Shown: positions 55,475 through 64,000, counted from the stretch's first letter. The stretch is DNA of 64,000 bases from Dehalococcoidia bacterium (GCA_049678605.1 JBAUEM010000113.1:9822-73821), one strand, 5' to 3'. Notes: a model not told the origin generated them from the sequence alone. Made by a program: numbers and translations.

Positions 55475-57195
55475 TGTGACTTGATAAACTCCAGACGAAG
55501 GATTTCTTTGCTAGCTTCAGTAACCTTGACCCTATCATCAATGCGCCAGCCCGCTACCCAGATGATTTGCTGAGGGGAACAGACTATTGGGATGTGGCCT
55601 CGCCAGGAACGAGGAATCTTGGCGTCAACCATAAACTCTGGAAGCTTCTTGGGTATATTCATGCCCAGGGGCTGAAATCTATCCCCGGGCCGACGCTGAC
55701 GGACGAAGAGCTCGGTTCCTGTTTTGTGTAAATCGAAATCGGCTGAGATTGCCTCGCAGAGCTTACCTTGAGCGGGGCGAGATTCTTCGCGGAGTTTACC
55801 CTGAGCGAGATTAGATTCTTCCCCTTCACTTCGTTCAGGGTCAGAATGACAGGTAGCGAAGGGCTCAGAATGACACTCTCCCCTGTCATTGCGAGGAGCC
55901 GAAGGCGACGAAGCAATCTCCAGAGATTGCCACACACCTTTCAGGTGTTCACAATGACCTTCGTCCACTCGCTCCCCAACTATGCTGGCTATCACCTTCC
56001 ATCCCGGAAAAACTGTCTTACCAGGCACTTCAAGAGGAAATTCGCCCGGCAGCGGGGGAAAGGGACATGGCGGAAGATGAGACTGCTTGGCTGTGCTCGC
56101 AACGACAAGCTCATCATATCCGCCCTGACAGATAAAGCCATGGGGCAGAGAGATTCTTTTGCCTACTGGTTTATTTAGCAGGCTCCTTGCGGCTTCAATA
56201 TGACTGGCTTCGATGTCTCGAGTATCCCCGGCCAACTTGGTCACAGCTGCTCTCAATAATTGCCTCTGCAAGGCTATCGGCAAGCTAGCAATCTGCTTCT
56301 TATCCAGGTAAATGGCGTTATTTTCCTGCCTGGCCACTTCATTCCACAACTCAGAAGCCTGCTGTTCAATGAACGCATTATCCTCTTTGGCAATATCAGC
56401 CAAACGGAGCAGGGCCTGGTCAACGCTGGGATTATACTGTCTGAGCAGAGGCAACAACTGGAGGCGAAGGCGATTTCGGAAGAAGGAAAGCGAACGGTTG
56501 GAGGAATCAATACGCGGGTCAAGCCGGTGTTCCTGGCAATAACTAGTTGTTTCCTCTCTAGTAATATCTAGAAGCGGTCTTATTACTAAGAGATTGCTTC
56601 GCTCCCGCCTGCCAAGCCTTGGCGGGCAGGTCGCTCGCAATGACAGGGGGGAGTCTCGCAATGACGGGGGGGAGGCGGGCCATGACATTCTCTGGCTGTC
56701 ATACGCCATAGGCGAGCAAGGGGCTAAACCGCACAATCCGGTAATTCCCGTTCCCCGTAATATGTGCATCAAAATGGTCTCTACCTGGTCATCCCTGGTA
56801 TGACCTATGGCTATTCGATTGGCTCCGACCTCTCTAGCTACCCTGGCGAGAAAAGCATAGCGTAGTTCCCGGGCAGCTTCCTCAACAGAAAAATTTCTTT
56901 CAATCCTGTAGGCAGCCACGTCTTGCCTATCAATAGTGATGGGAATGCCAAGCGAGCCAGCCAGATTAGATACGTATTGGGCATCAGCTTCGGATTCAAC
57001 TCCCCGAAGTTGATGATTTAGATGAGCTACCTGAAGTTTTATCCCTAGCTCTTTCTGCCATTTTGCCAGGACATGAAGCAAACATACTGAATCAGCACCA
57101 CCTGAGACCCCGACAACCACTATCTCCTCAGGTGAAATCAAGCTATACCGCTGGATAAAGTCTCTAACTTTTGACTCCAGCTTAATCTTGTTCAT
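55471..57195 (-). CDS. tilS: tRNA(Ile)-lysidine synthase carrying two in-frame repeat-element insertions
   Basis: VVGVSGGADSVCLLHVL PP-loop, HLNHQLRG, GHTRDDQVET, RPLLDITREE, C-terminal RQRRPGDRFQPLGM...IPIVCSPQQIIWVAGWRID. 574 aa. Extra segments are encoded at about 56589-56695 and about 55742-55935. Confidence 0.85.
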   Translation of the reverse strand: MNKIKLESKVRDFIQRYSLISPEEIVVVGVSGGADSVCLLHVLAKWQKELGIKLQVAHLNHQLRGVESEADAQYVSNLAGSLGIPITIDRQDVAAYRIERNFSVEEAARELRYAFLARVAREVGANRIAIGHTRDDQVETILMHILRGTGITGLCGLAPCSPMAYDSQRMSWPASPPSLRDSPLSLRATCPPRLGRRERSNLLVIRPLLDITREETTSYCQEHRLDPRIDSSNRSLSFFRNRLRLQLLPLLRQYNPSVDQALLRLADIAKEDNAFIEQQASELWNEVARQENNAIYLDKKQIASLPIALQRQLLRAAVTKLAGDTRDIEASHIEAARSLLNKPVGKRISLPHGFICQGGYDELVVASTAKQSHLPPCPFPPLPGEFPLEVPGKTVFPGWKVIASIVGERVDEGHCEHLKGVWQSLEIASSPSAPRNDRGECHSEPFATCHSDPERSEGEESNLAQGKLREESRPAQGKLCEAISADFDLHKTGTELFVRQRRPGDRFQPLGMNIPKKLPEFMVDAKIPRSWRGHIPIVCSPQQIIWVAGWRIDDRVKVTEASKEILRLEFIKSQ

Positions 57196-57340
57196 AGGGA
57201 TTGCTTCTTTTCTCTGCCCCTCGCAACTCTAAACAAATCCAAATGCTTAAATGCCAAAAATACTTTTTTTGCTCATTTGGATTTTGAGCTTGATTTGGCA
57301 TTTGAACTTTGCCATTTGTTATTGTTTAGGAGCCCAATAA
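57196..57340. repeat. Interspersed repeats upstream of tilS
   Basis: gggattgcttc..., ctctaaacaaatccaaat..., tttgagcttgatttggcatttgaactttgccatttgttattgtttagg. These are the same families as at 46650-46720 and 52715-53040. Confidence 0.7.
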
Positions 57341-57362
57341 ATTTGGCCTTGCTCCCTCCCAG

Positions 57363-57497
57363 CTAACACTGATAGGAGGTATCGTTAAATGTCAGCAAGC
57401 GGGTCCCATAATCCCGGAACTCAAGAATGCTTAGTTCATCAAGATCCACTTTGAAATCGGTCAAGTAGCCCACAGGCAAATCTAGAGCTTTGAGAAT
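57363..57497 (-). pseudogene. Orphan 3' fragment (about 45 codons) of a histidine-phosphatase gene, paralogous to the end of 59619..60245
   Basis: Minus-strand translation gives IILKALDLPVGYLTDFKVDLDELSILEFRDYGTRLLTFNDTSYQC-stop. The intact gene has IILKALNLPLDCFTKFKVDLGGVSILEIKDYGPRLVTFNDTSYQC-stop. Confidence 0.6.
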
Positions 57498-57510
57498 GAT
57501 GTGCCTTAGC

Positions 57511-57693
57511 CATCATTCTCAGGCACGTGGAAACAAGAACAGTCGGTCCACCTGCCTGGTTATAGAACGCCTGTCGGAAAGGTGCAAAGAGGCGGTCGTC
57601 CAGCGTCCCGTCAATCTTGGTCAGTTCCTCGCTCATTTCAACAAGCTTAGGTGCCAATACTGCCTCCCACCGTGATAGCAGGTTATTATGCAA
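57511..57693 (-). pseudogene. Possible N-terminal fragment of an IS4/IS5-type transposase
   Basis: ...FRQAFYNQAGGPTVLVSTCLRMM loosely resembles the Y-x-GRP-x-LLRM segment of DUF772-type transposase N-termini. The ORF then runs into the phosphatase fragment across a 10-bp palindrome (gagaatgatg...catcattctc). Confidence 0.3.
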
Positions 57694-57777
57694 TCGCAGC
57701 GTAGCAACTATCTACTTTGCCCTATTTTACCAGCTTCCCTCCCACTTGGCCAACCTCGAGTTTTTCAGGGTGACTAT

Positions 57778-58548
57778 TTAGCGGTGCCTTTCGAAAAACG
57801 ACAAAATGATTCTCTGGTACTCCTCAGGCTGTAGTGCATAGGTGTTGTGTCCGCAGCAGGGGAGAACAGCCAGTTCCCCGTCAGGTAGTGAGCGATACAT
57901 CAAAACAGCTTGCTCTACTTCGAACAATCCGCTTCTATCAGGGTACAAGACCAGTGCCGGACACTGGATATTCTTAAGGATGTCCCTCAAATCAAATACT
58001 CCAGAGCCGTAGGCGCCTCCACCTGAAAGAGCAAGGGAATAAAATCGCCGTGCCCAAGTTTCCCCGTGCCAGTAAACTAACTTGTGCTGGAACTCTGAGT
58101 CGCCCTCTTCAAAGGAAGAAAACATCCGGCTACTGTTAAGTTCAGACATTCGAATTTTGCTATAACATAATGTGCTTGATATGGCTATAGCCTTGACTCT
58201 CTGGGGGTACTGAGCCGCATAATAAAATCCTATGACACCACCCTCACACTGACCAAGGAGACGGATTTCATCCTTGATGTTCAGATGTTCCAGCAGGATT
58301 GATAACTCTTCAACGCTATTCTGGTTATATTGCTCACTTCGATAATAATCCCAGAAGTCCTCCCCCTTATCCGACTCGCCAAAGCCTCTGCGGTCATATG
58401 AAACGACCTTATACTTGGCAGCGAATGTGGGAAGCAAATCTTCCCATATTTTAGTGCAGCCAAACCCATGATGTAGCAATATCAGAGGCTGTCCTTGGCC
58501 ATGAACCTCATAATAAATATTGACCTCGTTAATATTTACTTTAGGCAT
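57778..58548 (-). CDS. Alpha/beta-fold hydrolase with a Cys at the nucleophile elbow
   Basis: HHGFG oxyanion region. Nucleophile elbow reads GQCEGG instead of GxSxG. YPDRSG (Asp) and CCGHN (His) lie at the expected positions. Confidence 0.8.
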   Translation of the reverse strand: MPKVNINEVNIYYEVHGQGQPLILLHHGFGCTKIWEDLLPTFAAKYKVVSYDRRGFGESDKGEDFWDYYRSEQYNQNSVEELSILLEHLNIKDEIRLLGQCEGGVIGFYYAAQYPQRVKAIAISSTLCYSKIRMSELNSSRMFSSFEEGDSEFQHKLVYWHGETWARRFYSLALSGGGAYGSGVFDLRDILKNIQCPALVLYPDRSGLFEVEQAVLMYRSLPDGELAVLPCCGHNTYALQPEEYQRIILSFFERHR

Positions 58549-58566
58549 ACTACTCTCCGCATCATA

Positions 58567-58743
58567 CTAATGTCTGGCAAGCCAAGGCAGCGCGAGCTTT
58601 ACCCTATCATCCAAGGAAAGGTCACGTGATTTGGGAAGTTCACCTAGAGCCCGGTTTGCTTGAGCACGGGAGTAGCCCAGATTCGTAACCTCAGATACTA
58701 TATCACTTTTCTCCGTGGTCAAATAGGAAGTCTCTTCTTTATC
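58567..58743 (-). pseudogene. Orphan RuvA-domain-III-like / UBA-like fragment (about 58 codons, no start codon)
   Basis: Hand translation gives DKEETSYLTTEKSDIVSEVTNLGYSRAQANRALGELPKSRDLSLDDRVKLALPWLARH-stop. The ..LGYS..QA..AL.. pattern resembles the RuvA C-terminal domain. A stop codon lies immediately upstream in frame. Confidence 0.3.
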
Positions 58744-59299
58744 TAGCTATTGTTCGGCTCTCCGGTAACAGTCTAGCTTTTGCAAATCTAAATACAGCTT
58801 ACACTATTTCTACTCTGTTGATTACAATTTTTGGAAAACTTACCTGTTATGCCTTCCTTGTAATTCTAAAACCAAGCGGTTACCTGTCTTCTTGCCTGAG
58901 CTGGGCACCCGGCCAACAATATTAATAATACTGTCAAGTGACAGCCACTCTTTTGAACCGCCTTGACCGGCGTATAGATTACGTCACTCGCCCTGCATTG
59001 TCAATGTTAGAGGCTTTGCTCGGGCTTGCGCTCACCTTTGATTGCCCTGCGGACTGGGAATAACCTCTCACGCAGCACGTCGAGGCGGGAGCAGGCTGAA
59101 CCATGAACCTTATCTCCTCTACTTATAGTTCCCCTTGGAATATTCCATTTCAAGCCAAGTTGCAGGCAGGCTAGCCCTCATGTCTGCCTGTCAAGCACCG
59201 CCCGCTATCGCTTCATTTGATTTTACTATTATGCCCGCCGCTTGCCATAGATTACGGGCAAATACGCCCTCTCTAACCCACACCTCAGTAGGTTGGTTT

Positions 59300-59551
59300 C
59301 CCCGCATCAGGCTTCTACCCAGGGAAAACTGTCTTACCACGCACTTCGAGAGGAAACCCGCCTGGCAGGGGAGGGAAGGGACATGACGGAGGCTCAGATT
59401 GCTTCGCTTCGCTCGCGGTGACAGGGGGGTGGCAACAATATTCACTGGCTGTCATATGGCACAAGCCAGCAAGGAGCTAAACCGCATAATCGGTAATTCT
59501 TGTTCCCCGCAAAAAGTCTCTAGCTTTTGACTCTAGCTTAATCTTGTTCAT
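59300..59551 (-). pseudogene. Internally deleted remnant of a second tilS copy
   Basis: Three blocks align by eye. 59320-59395 matches tilS 56005-56085. 59395-59515 matches tilS 56590-56765, including part of the repeat insertion. 59516-59560 matches tilS 57160-57215, including the ATG and upstream gggattgctt. Confidence 0.6.
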
Positions 59552-59566
59552 AGGGATTGCTTTGCA

Positions 59567-59593
59567 CCCCCAAAATTCTGCGAATTTTTGGGG
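59567..59593. terminator. Stem-loop downstream of the histidine phosphatase gene
   Basis: ccccaaaatt-ctgcg-aatttttgggg inverted repeat. No clear U-tract on the minus strand. Confidence 0.3.
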
Positions 59594-59618
59594 AACCCAT
59601 TTGCTTTGCCCCTCGCAG

Positions 59619-60245
59619 CTAACACTGATAGGAGGTATCGTTAAATGTCACCAAGCGGGGTCCATAATCCTTAATCTCAAGGATGCTTACCCCACCAAGG
59701 TCTACCTTGAATTTGGTAAAGCAGTCCAGAGGCAAATTTAAAGCTTTAAGAATGATGGCTAAGGTAACGAAGTAATGGCTGACTACTATCATCGTCGTTC
59801 CTTCGTTGTGCTCAGGACTAGTTTTATGCCTTTCTAGCAGACGTTCAACGGCCTTCCAGGCTCTCTGTTGCAATTCAACAAGACTTTCTCCGTTGGGCAA
59901 TTTCACTGCCCCCCCGTTTTGCCACCATTGCATTAAAAACTGGCTGAACGTGGTACTTAAATTTGAAACAGACATGCCTTCCAGTTCACCAACTTTGAGC
60001 TCTCTAAGCCCTTGATCAATCTCTACGGGCAACTGGTGATGGCTAGCTATGACTTCGGCTGTAGCTATAGCTCGCCGCAAAGGGCTGGAGAGTATGGCTG
60101 CAACGGGCTCATTCTTGAGGAAAGCTGCTAGCTTCCTGGCTTGCTCCAATCCGGTATCATTCAGTTCGATATCGCTATCGCCTCCCTGGATACGCCTCTC
60201 GTCATTCCAATAAGTCTCGCCATGCCTAACTAAAATAAGCTTCAA
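59619..60245 (-). CDS. Histidine phosphatase family protein (phosphoglycerate mutase / CobC-like)
   Basis: LILVRHGETYWN (RHG motif), SSPLRRA, and VVSH near the C-terminus. Confidence 0.85.
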   Translation of the reverse strand: MKLILVRHGETYWNDERRIQGGDSDIELNDTGLEQARKLAAFLKNEPVAAILSSPLRRAIATAEVIASHHQLPVEIDQGLRELKVGELEGMSVSNLSTTFSQFLMQWWQNGGAVKLPNGESLVELQQRAWKAVERLLERHKTSPEHNEGTTMIVVSHYFVTLAIILKALNLPLDCFTKFKVDLGGVSILEIKDYGPRLVTFNDTSYQC

Positions 60246-60500
60246 AAGACCTCCTTAGATTGCCTCGCCCCGATAAATCGGGACTGATAGCGAGAAATAT
60301 CCCGACATGTCGGGATGAGCTAATTTTACCCCTCGGTATGGGTAATATTTTAGTTTTCCACAAGTTCCCTCTTAGAATTGGGGCTCTCTCCTTCAACATG
60401 CCCGCTAGCATAAGGATTCTTTCCATCATAACTCCCCTTCCTCCTCTTACTCTTAAGAGGGGGAATTTTGGAAAACTTACCTGTTACCATCATAGGTGGG
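60246..60500. repeat. Interspersed hairpin repeats
   Basis: ccccgataaatcgggac, tcccgacatgtcgggat, ctcttactcttaagaggggg, and ttttggaaaacttacctgtta (the last also at 58830-58850). Confidence 0.7.
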
Positions 60501-60511
60501 ATGGACTAAAT

Positions 60512-61786
60512 TTACGATGCAGCAGCGCCCTTTTCCCTGGTCACTATGACCTTCTCTATCTTCATTCCACGTATTTCAGTGATAACGAACTTCAGGTTCT
60601 GGTACTTAAAGTGCTCTCCCTGCTTCGGTATCCGACCAAGGTGGCTGAGAATAAAGCCGGCCACAGTCTCATAATCGCCGCTGGGCAAATTCAGCCCCAA
60701 CTCCTCGTTAGCGTCTTCAATTCTGAACCCTCCCTCCAGTTGAAAGGTGCTGTCACCAGTTACAATGAAATCCTTTTCTTTACCCGTTAGCTCATCGCGA
60801 ATATCGCCGACAATCTCCTCAGTTAGCTGTCCGAGGGTAACCATTCCCGCGATTCCCCCAAACTCGTCGACAACGACTGCCGCATGGTGACCACCGTCTC
60901 GCATCTCAGCAAGAAGCTCCCCTAAACGTTTCCCTTCAGGTACAAAATAGGCAGGGCGCATCAAATCATCGATGACGCTGTCTCTGCTGTCAGATTCATC
61001 GGTTAACTTCATCAGCACATCCTTGGCATGCAACATACCTACCACATTATCGGTATTATCCTTATATACGGGGAAACGACTGTAGCGTCCCTGGGTATAG
61101 AGATTCAGGAAATCACTTATCTTCGTCCCTTGCTCTACCCAGGCGATTTCTGTTCTGGGGACCATTATCTTACTCACCGGGCGGTCCGTAAACTCAAACA
61201 CCTTGTGTAACATCTCTGCCTCATTACCTTCCACTACCCCTTCAGCCTCACCTATGCTGATAGCTGTACGGAATTCCTCCTCGCTGATGGTCGGCTTGGG
61301 AATTTCGCTCTCCCCGACTAACTTGGTGAACCTAATCCCGATGTGGTTCAGGATGTAAACCAGAGGATAGAGGATGGCAGAGATTACTTCTAGAGGTCTA
61401 ACATATCTCAAAGCTATTCTTTCTCCGTAACGAACTGCCAAGCTCTTAGGAATAAGCTCAGCGAAAACTAGGGTTACTATAGTGATCACGATGGTAGCAA
61501 TGGCTACTGCCCAGTTCTCATTTTGGATTAGTGACATTGTTATGATTGTGCCCAGAGTGGCTACTGCCGTCTCAAAGAAGTTGATCCCCAAAAGAACTGT
61601 GGCGAGAAATTTCTCCGGCTGTTCCACAATCTTGGCCACCCTTTTGGCGGCAGGGTGTCCACTCTGGATCAGGTGTTGTAGACGCAGCTTCTGCATACCA
61701 ATGAAAGCAGTCTCAGCACTGCAGAAAAAAGCGGCACATCCAAGAGAGAGGAAAAACAATATCACAAAGAGGCTGTTAATGTTCAC
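60512..61786 (-). CDS. CNNM/HlyC-CorC family membrane protein (DUF21, CBS pair, CorC_HlyC)
   Basis: Four N-terminal TM segments. CBS pair region (VSKIMVPRTEI...VGMLHAKDVL...). C-terminal transporter-associated domain. Confidence 0.85.
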   Translation of the reverse strand: MNINSLFVILFFLSLGCAAFFCSAETAFIGMQKLRLQHLIQSGHPAAKRVAKIVEQPEKFLATVLLGINFFETAVATLGTIITMSLIQNENWAVAIATIVITIVTLVFAELIPKSLAVRYGERIALRYVRPLEVISAILYPLVYILNHIGIRFTKLVGESEIPKPTISEEEFRTAISIGEAEGVVEGNEAEMLHKVFEFTDRPVSKIMVPRTEIAWVEQGTKISDFLNLYTQGRYSRFPVYKDNTDNVVGMLHAKDVLMKLTDESDSRDSVIDDLMRPAYFVPEGKRLGELLAEMRDGGHHAAVVVDEFGGIAGMVTLGQLTEEIVGDIRDELTGKEKDFIVTGDSTFQLEGGFRIEDANEELGLNLPSGDYETVAGFILSHLGRIPKQGEHFKYQNLKFVITEIRGMKIEKVIVTREKGAAAS

Positions 61787-62106
61787 CCTGAGTAAACGAC
61801 ATGTGCAACCAGATTGCTACCAGCTTTAGGCAAGGAGATAAAAGCCGACTCAGCACCGGAAAAGAAAGCTGAAGGAGCTACGCGAACTGGAAAGGCTAAT
61901 AAAAGCCCACTACTGGCGGCATCCACCTATTACCACCCCCTAAGTCCCCTCCCCAACGAAATTGACCATCTTGCTATCATTAACTTTGGCTGCAATCTAC
62001 TTTATGTAAGCTATGATAGCATTAGCTGGCAAACCTGTCAAACTCCACATTTTTAAACAAGCCTCGGCGAGTGATAAGCTCCAGGTTTTCCGGTATACTT
62101 ACGGGG

Positions 62107-62784
62107 ATGGACAAAATGTTCCTGGTGGACAAGCCTAAAGGGCTTACCTCCTCCCGAGTGGTGGAGCGGATAAGAAAGAAGTTCAACGTGAAGGCGGGTC
62201 ATACGGGGACTTTAGACCCCCTAGCTACGGGGCTTTTAGTTGTTCTCACCGGCAAGTTCACGAAAAACGCCTCTTTGTTTATTAAGCTGGACAAGGCTTA
62301 CGAGGTTAAGGCTGTTCTCGGTGTCGAGACAGACACCTTTGACTCTGAAGGAAGGGTTTTGCGGCGAAGCAATAACGAAGTAACTAGAGAAGAATTGGAA
62401 AGGGTCTTGAAGGAATTTTATGGTGATATTTGGCAGACCCCGCCAGCATTTTCAGCTAAAAAAATGGCGGGACGAAAAGCTTACCAACTAGCCAGAAAGG
62501 GTATCAGCGTAGATATACCACCTAAAAAGGTAAGCATTTATTCCTTGGAGCTCACGGAGTTCCAGTTTCCCTATTTTGCTTTCACTTGCGAGGTGTCTTC
62601 AGGATTTTACGTTAGAAGCCTTGCTCACGATATCGGAGAGAAACTTGGGGTGGGCGCTACTGTAGTGGAAGTTCGCCGCACTAGAGTGGGCCCTTATCAT
62701 GTGGAACAAGCTAAAGGCTTGGAGGAGCTCCTAGGCTATAAGTTGCCCCCTGCAGTCAACAGCTTTGATCGAGGTGGAATCTAA
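62107..62784 (+). CDS. truB: tRNA pseudouridine(55) synthase
   Basis: FLVDKPKGLTSSRVV, GHTGTLDPLATGLLVV (catalytic Asp). Start taken at the internal MDKMFLV; the ORF opens at 62071. Confidence 0.85.
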   Translation: MDKMFLVDKPKGLTSSRVVERIRKKFNVKAGHTGTLDPLATGLLVVLTGKFTKNASLFIKLDKAYEVKAVLGVETDTFDSEGRVLRRSNNEVTREELERVLKEFYGDIWQTPPAFSAKKMAGRKAYQLARKGISVDIPPKKVSIYSLELTEFQFPYFAFTCEVSSGFYVRSLAHDIGEKLGVGATVVEVRRTRVGPYHVEQAKGLEELLGYKLPPAVNSFDRGGI

Positions 62785-62950
62785 AGCTGGGGCGTCGATG
62801 CAGTGCCCATAAATCCACCCGAACACCGTTTTTAGCTTCGATTTTCAGCGGCAATGGTAAACTAAGGCAAATTTCCACGCTAAAAAGCGTAGACCCGGCA
62901 TTATTTCCCCATTGATTGGGTTGTAGTCCCCATGATACAATATTTAAGGA

Positions 62951-63988
62951 GTGGCTACTGAGAAAGAGAAGGCAGTCGAATTAGCCATTGAGCAAATCGA
63001 GAGGCAATATGGCAAAGGTTCGATTATGAAGTTAGGCGAAGCTCCAGCCAGAGTAGCTGGAGATGCCATTCCCACCGGGGCACTGGCTCTTGACCTGGCT
63101 TTAGGAATAGGTGGCATACCTAGAGGACGAGTTACCGAGATATTTGGTTCTGAGGCTTCAGGTAAAACTACACTCGCCCAGCATATAATTGCTGAAACTC
63201 AAAAAACTGGCGGTATTGCTGCATATATTGATGTTGAGCATGCCCTTGACCCTAGCTATGCCGCTAACTGCGGTGTCAACCTGCGCGATTTACTTATCTC
63301 CCAACCTGACACCGGCGAGCAAGCTCTGGAAATTACTGAAACCCTGGTGAGAAGCGGTGCTGTGGATGTAATAGTCATCGACAGTGTAGCCGCCCTAGCG
63401 CCCAGAGCTGAGATAGAAGGAGAGATGGGCGATGCCCATGTTGGTTTGCAGGCACGATTGATGTCCCAGGCACTGAGAAAATTGAGTGCTGCTATCAGTA
63501 AGTCTAAAACAGCGGTTATTTTTATTAACCAGTTGCGAGAAAAGGTGGGCATTGTTTTCGGTAATCCGGAGGTAACTCCTGGGGGAAGGGCGCTTAAGTT
63601 CTATAGTTCGGTGAGGATAGATTTGAGGCGGAGTGACTCCATCAAGCAGGGCACAGAAATGGTAGGCGCAAGGGTAAAGGCCAGGGTGGTTAAGGATAAG
63701 GTAGCTCCTCCCTTTCGCAGCGCTGAATTTGATATTATGTTTAATCACGGGATAAGCAAGGAGGGAAATCTGGTTGACCTTGGGGTGACAACAGGTGTGA
63801 TAAAGAAAGCTGGTGCCTTCTTTACTTACGGTGATACGAAGTTGGGGCAGGGTAGGGAAAATGCCAAGGATTACCTGAGGCAGCACTCTGAACTAGCTTC
63901 ACAACTGGAAAGCACAATAAGAGCTTCAGCAGCTATTCCCGACGTCTCCCTCAGAGGAAGTTCAGCAACCTCCGCGCAACAAGACTGA
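62951..63988 (+). CDS. recA: Recombinase RecA
   Basis: [25 protein letters not shown] (Walker A), [23 protein letters not shown] start. Confidence 0.95.
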   Translation: MATEKEKAVELAIEQIERQYGKGSIMKLGEAPARVAGDAIPTGALALDLALGIGGIPRGRVTEIFGSEASGKTTLAQHIIAETQKTGGIAAYIDVEHALDPSYAANCGVNLRDLLISQPDTGEQALEITETLVRSGAVDVIVIDSVAALAPRAEIEGEMGDAHVGLQARLMSQALRKLSAAISKSKTAVIFINQLREKVGIVFGNPEVTPGGRALKFYSSVRIDLRRSDSIKQGTEMVGARVKARVVKDKVAPPFRSAEFDIMFNHGISKEGNLVDLGVTTGVIKKAGAFFTYGDTKLGQGRENAKDYLRQHSELASQLESTIRASAAIPDVSLRGSSATSAQQD

Positions 63989-64000
63989 TATTACTCAGGG

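Overview
All product calls come from motif and architecture recognition by eye; no searches were run. The window looks like a chromosomal segment of an anaerobic, Chloroflexota or Dehalococcoidia-like bacterium (taxonomy is inference only).

(1) 1-16449: one co-directional run of 14 ORFs. A NuoF-like flavoprotein, a mosaic HdrA-like protein, MvhD, three Flx/Asr-type FeS/FAD subunits and an HdrD-like CCG protein form an Hdr/Flx-type electron-bifurcation module. Directly after it come two mini-proteins, a SAM methyltransferase, two tandem paralogous multi-cluster radical SAM enzymes (Tes/GDGT-MAS-like architecture), a PaaK-like adenylating ligase and an MFS transporter. This second half is my best candidate for an undescribed system.

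(2) 16.6-38.1 kb: housekeeping core. It holds tRNA-Thr, guaB3, rsmI, metG, ftsH, rsfS, ndk, tsaB, tsaE and thiL, then rpsF-ssb-rpsR fused to rpmH-rnpA-yidD-(propeller lipoprotein)-yidC-jag, then ileS and an HtrA-like protease. Oddities are an in-frame TGA in a hotdog-HAD fusion and a hairpin tandem repeat extending rpsR.

(3) 38.2-54.9 kb: a visibly more GC-rich accessory island. It is bounded or studded by decayed mobile-element remnants. It contains two RCC1-like beta-propeller surface proteins, a RAYT (REP-associated tyrosine transposase) flanked by REP/REPIN-like arrays, a three-gene secreted-protein operon with consensus promoters and a long leader, a serine recombinase remnant, a membrane-anchored His/Cys protein and an SPL-like radical SAM gene.

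(4) 55-64 kb: smr and tilS (carrying in-frame repeat insertions), then a segmental duplication of the tilS/histidine-phosphatase junction with reciprocal decay, an alpha/beta hydrolase with a Cys nucleophile elbow, a CNNM/CorC protein, truB and recA.

Several families of short GC-rich hairpin repeats are scattered through intergenic regions and reach into coding sequence in several places.
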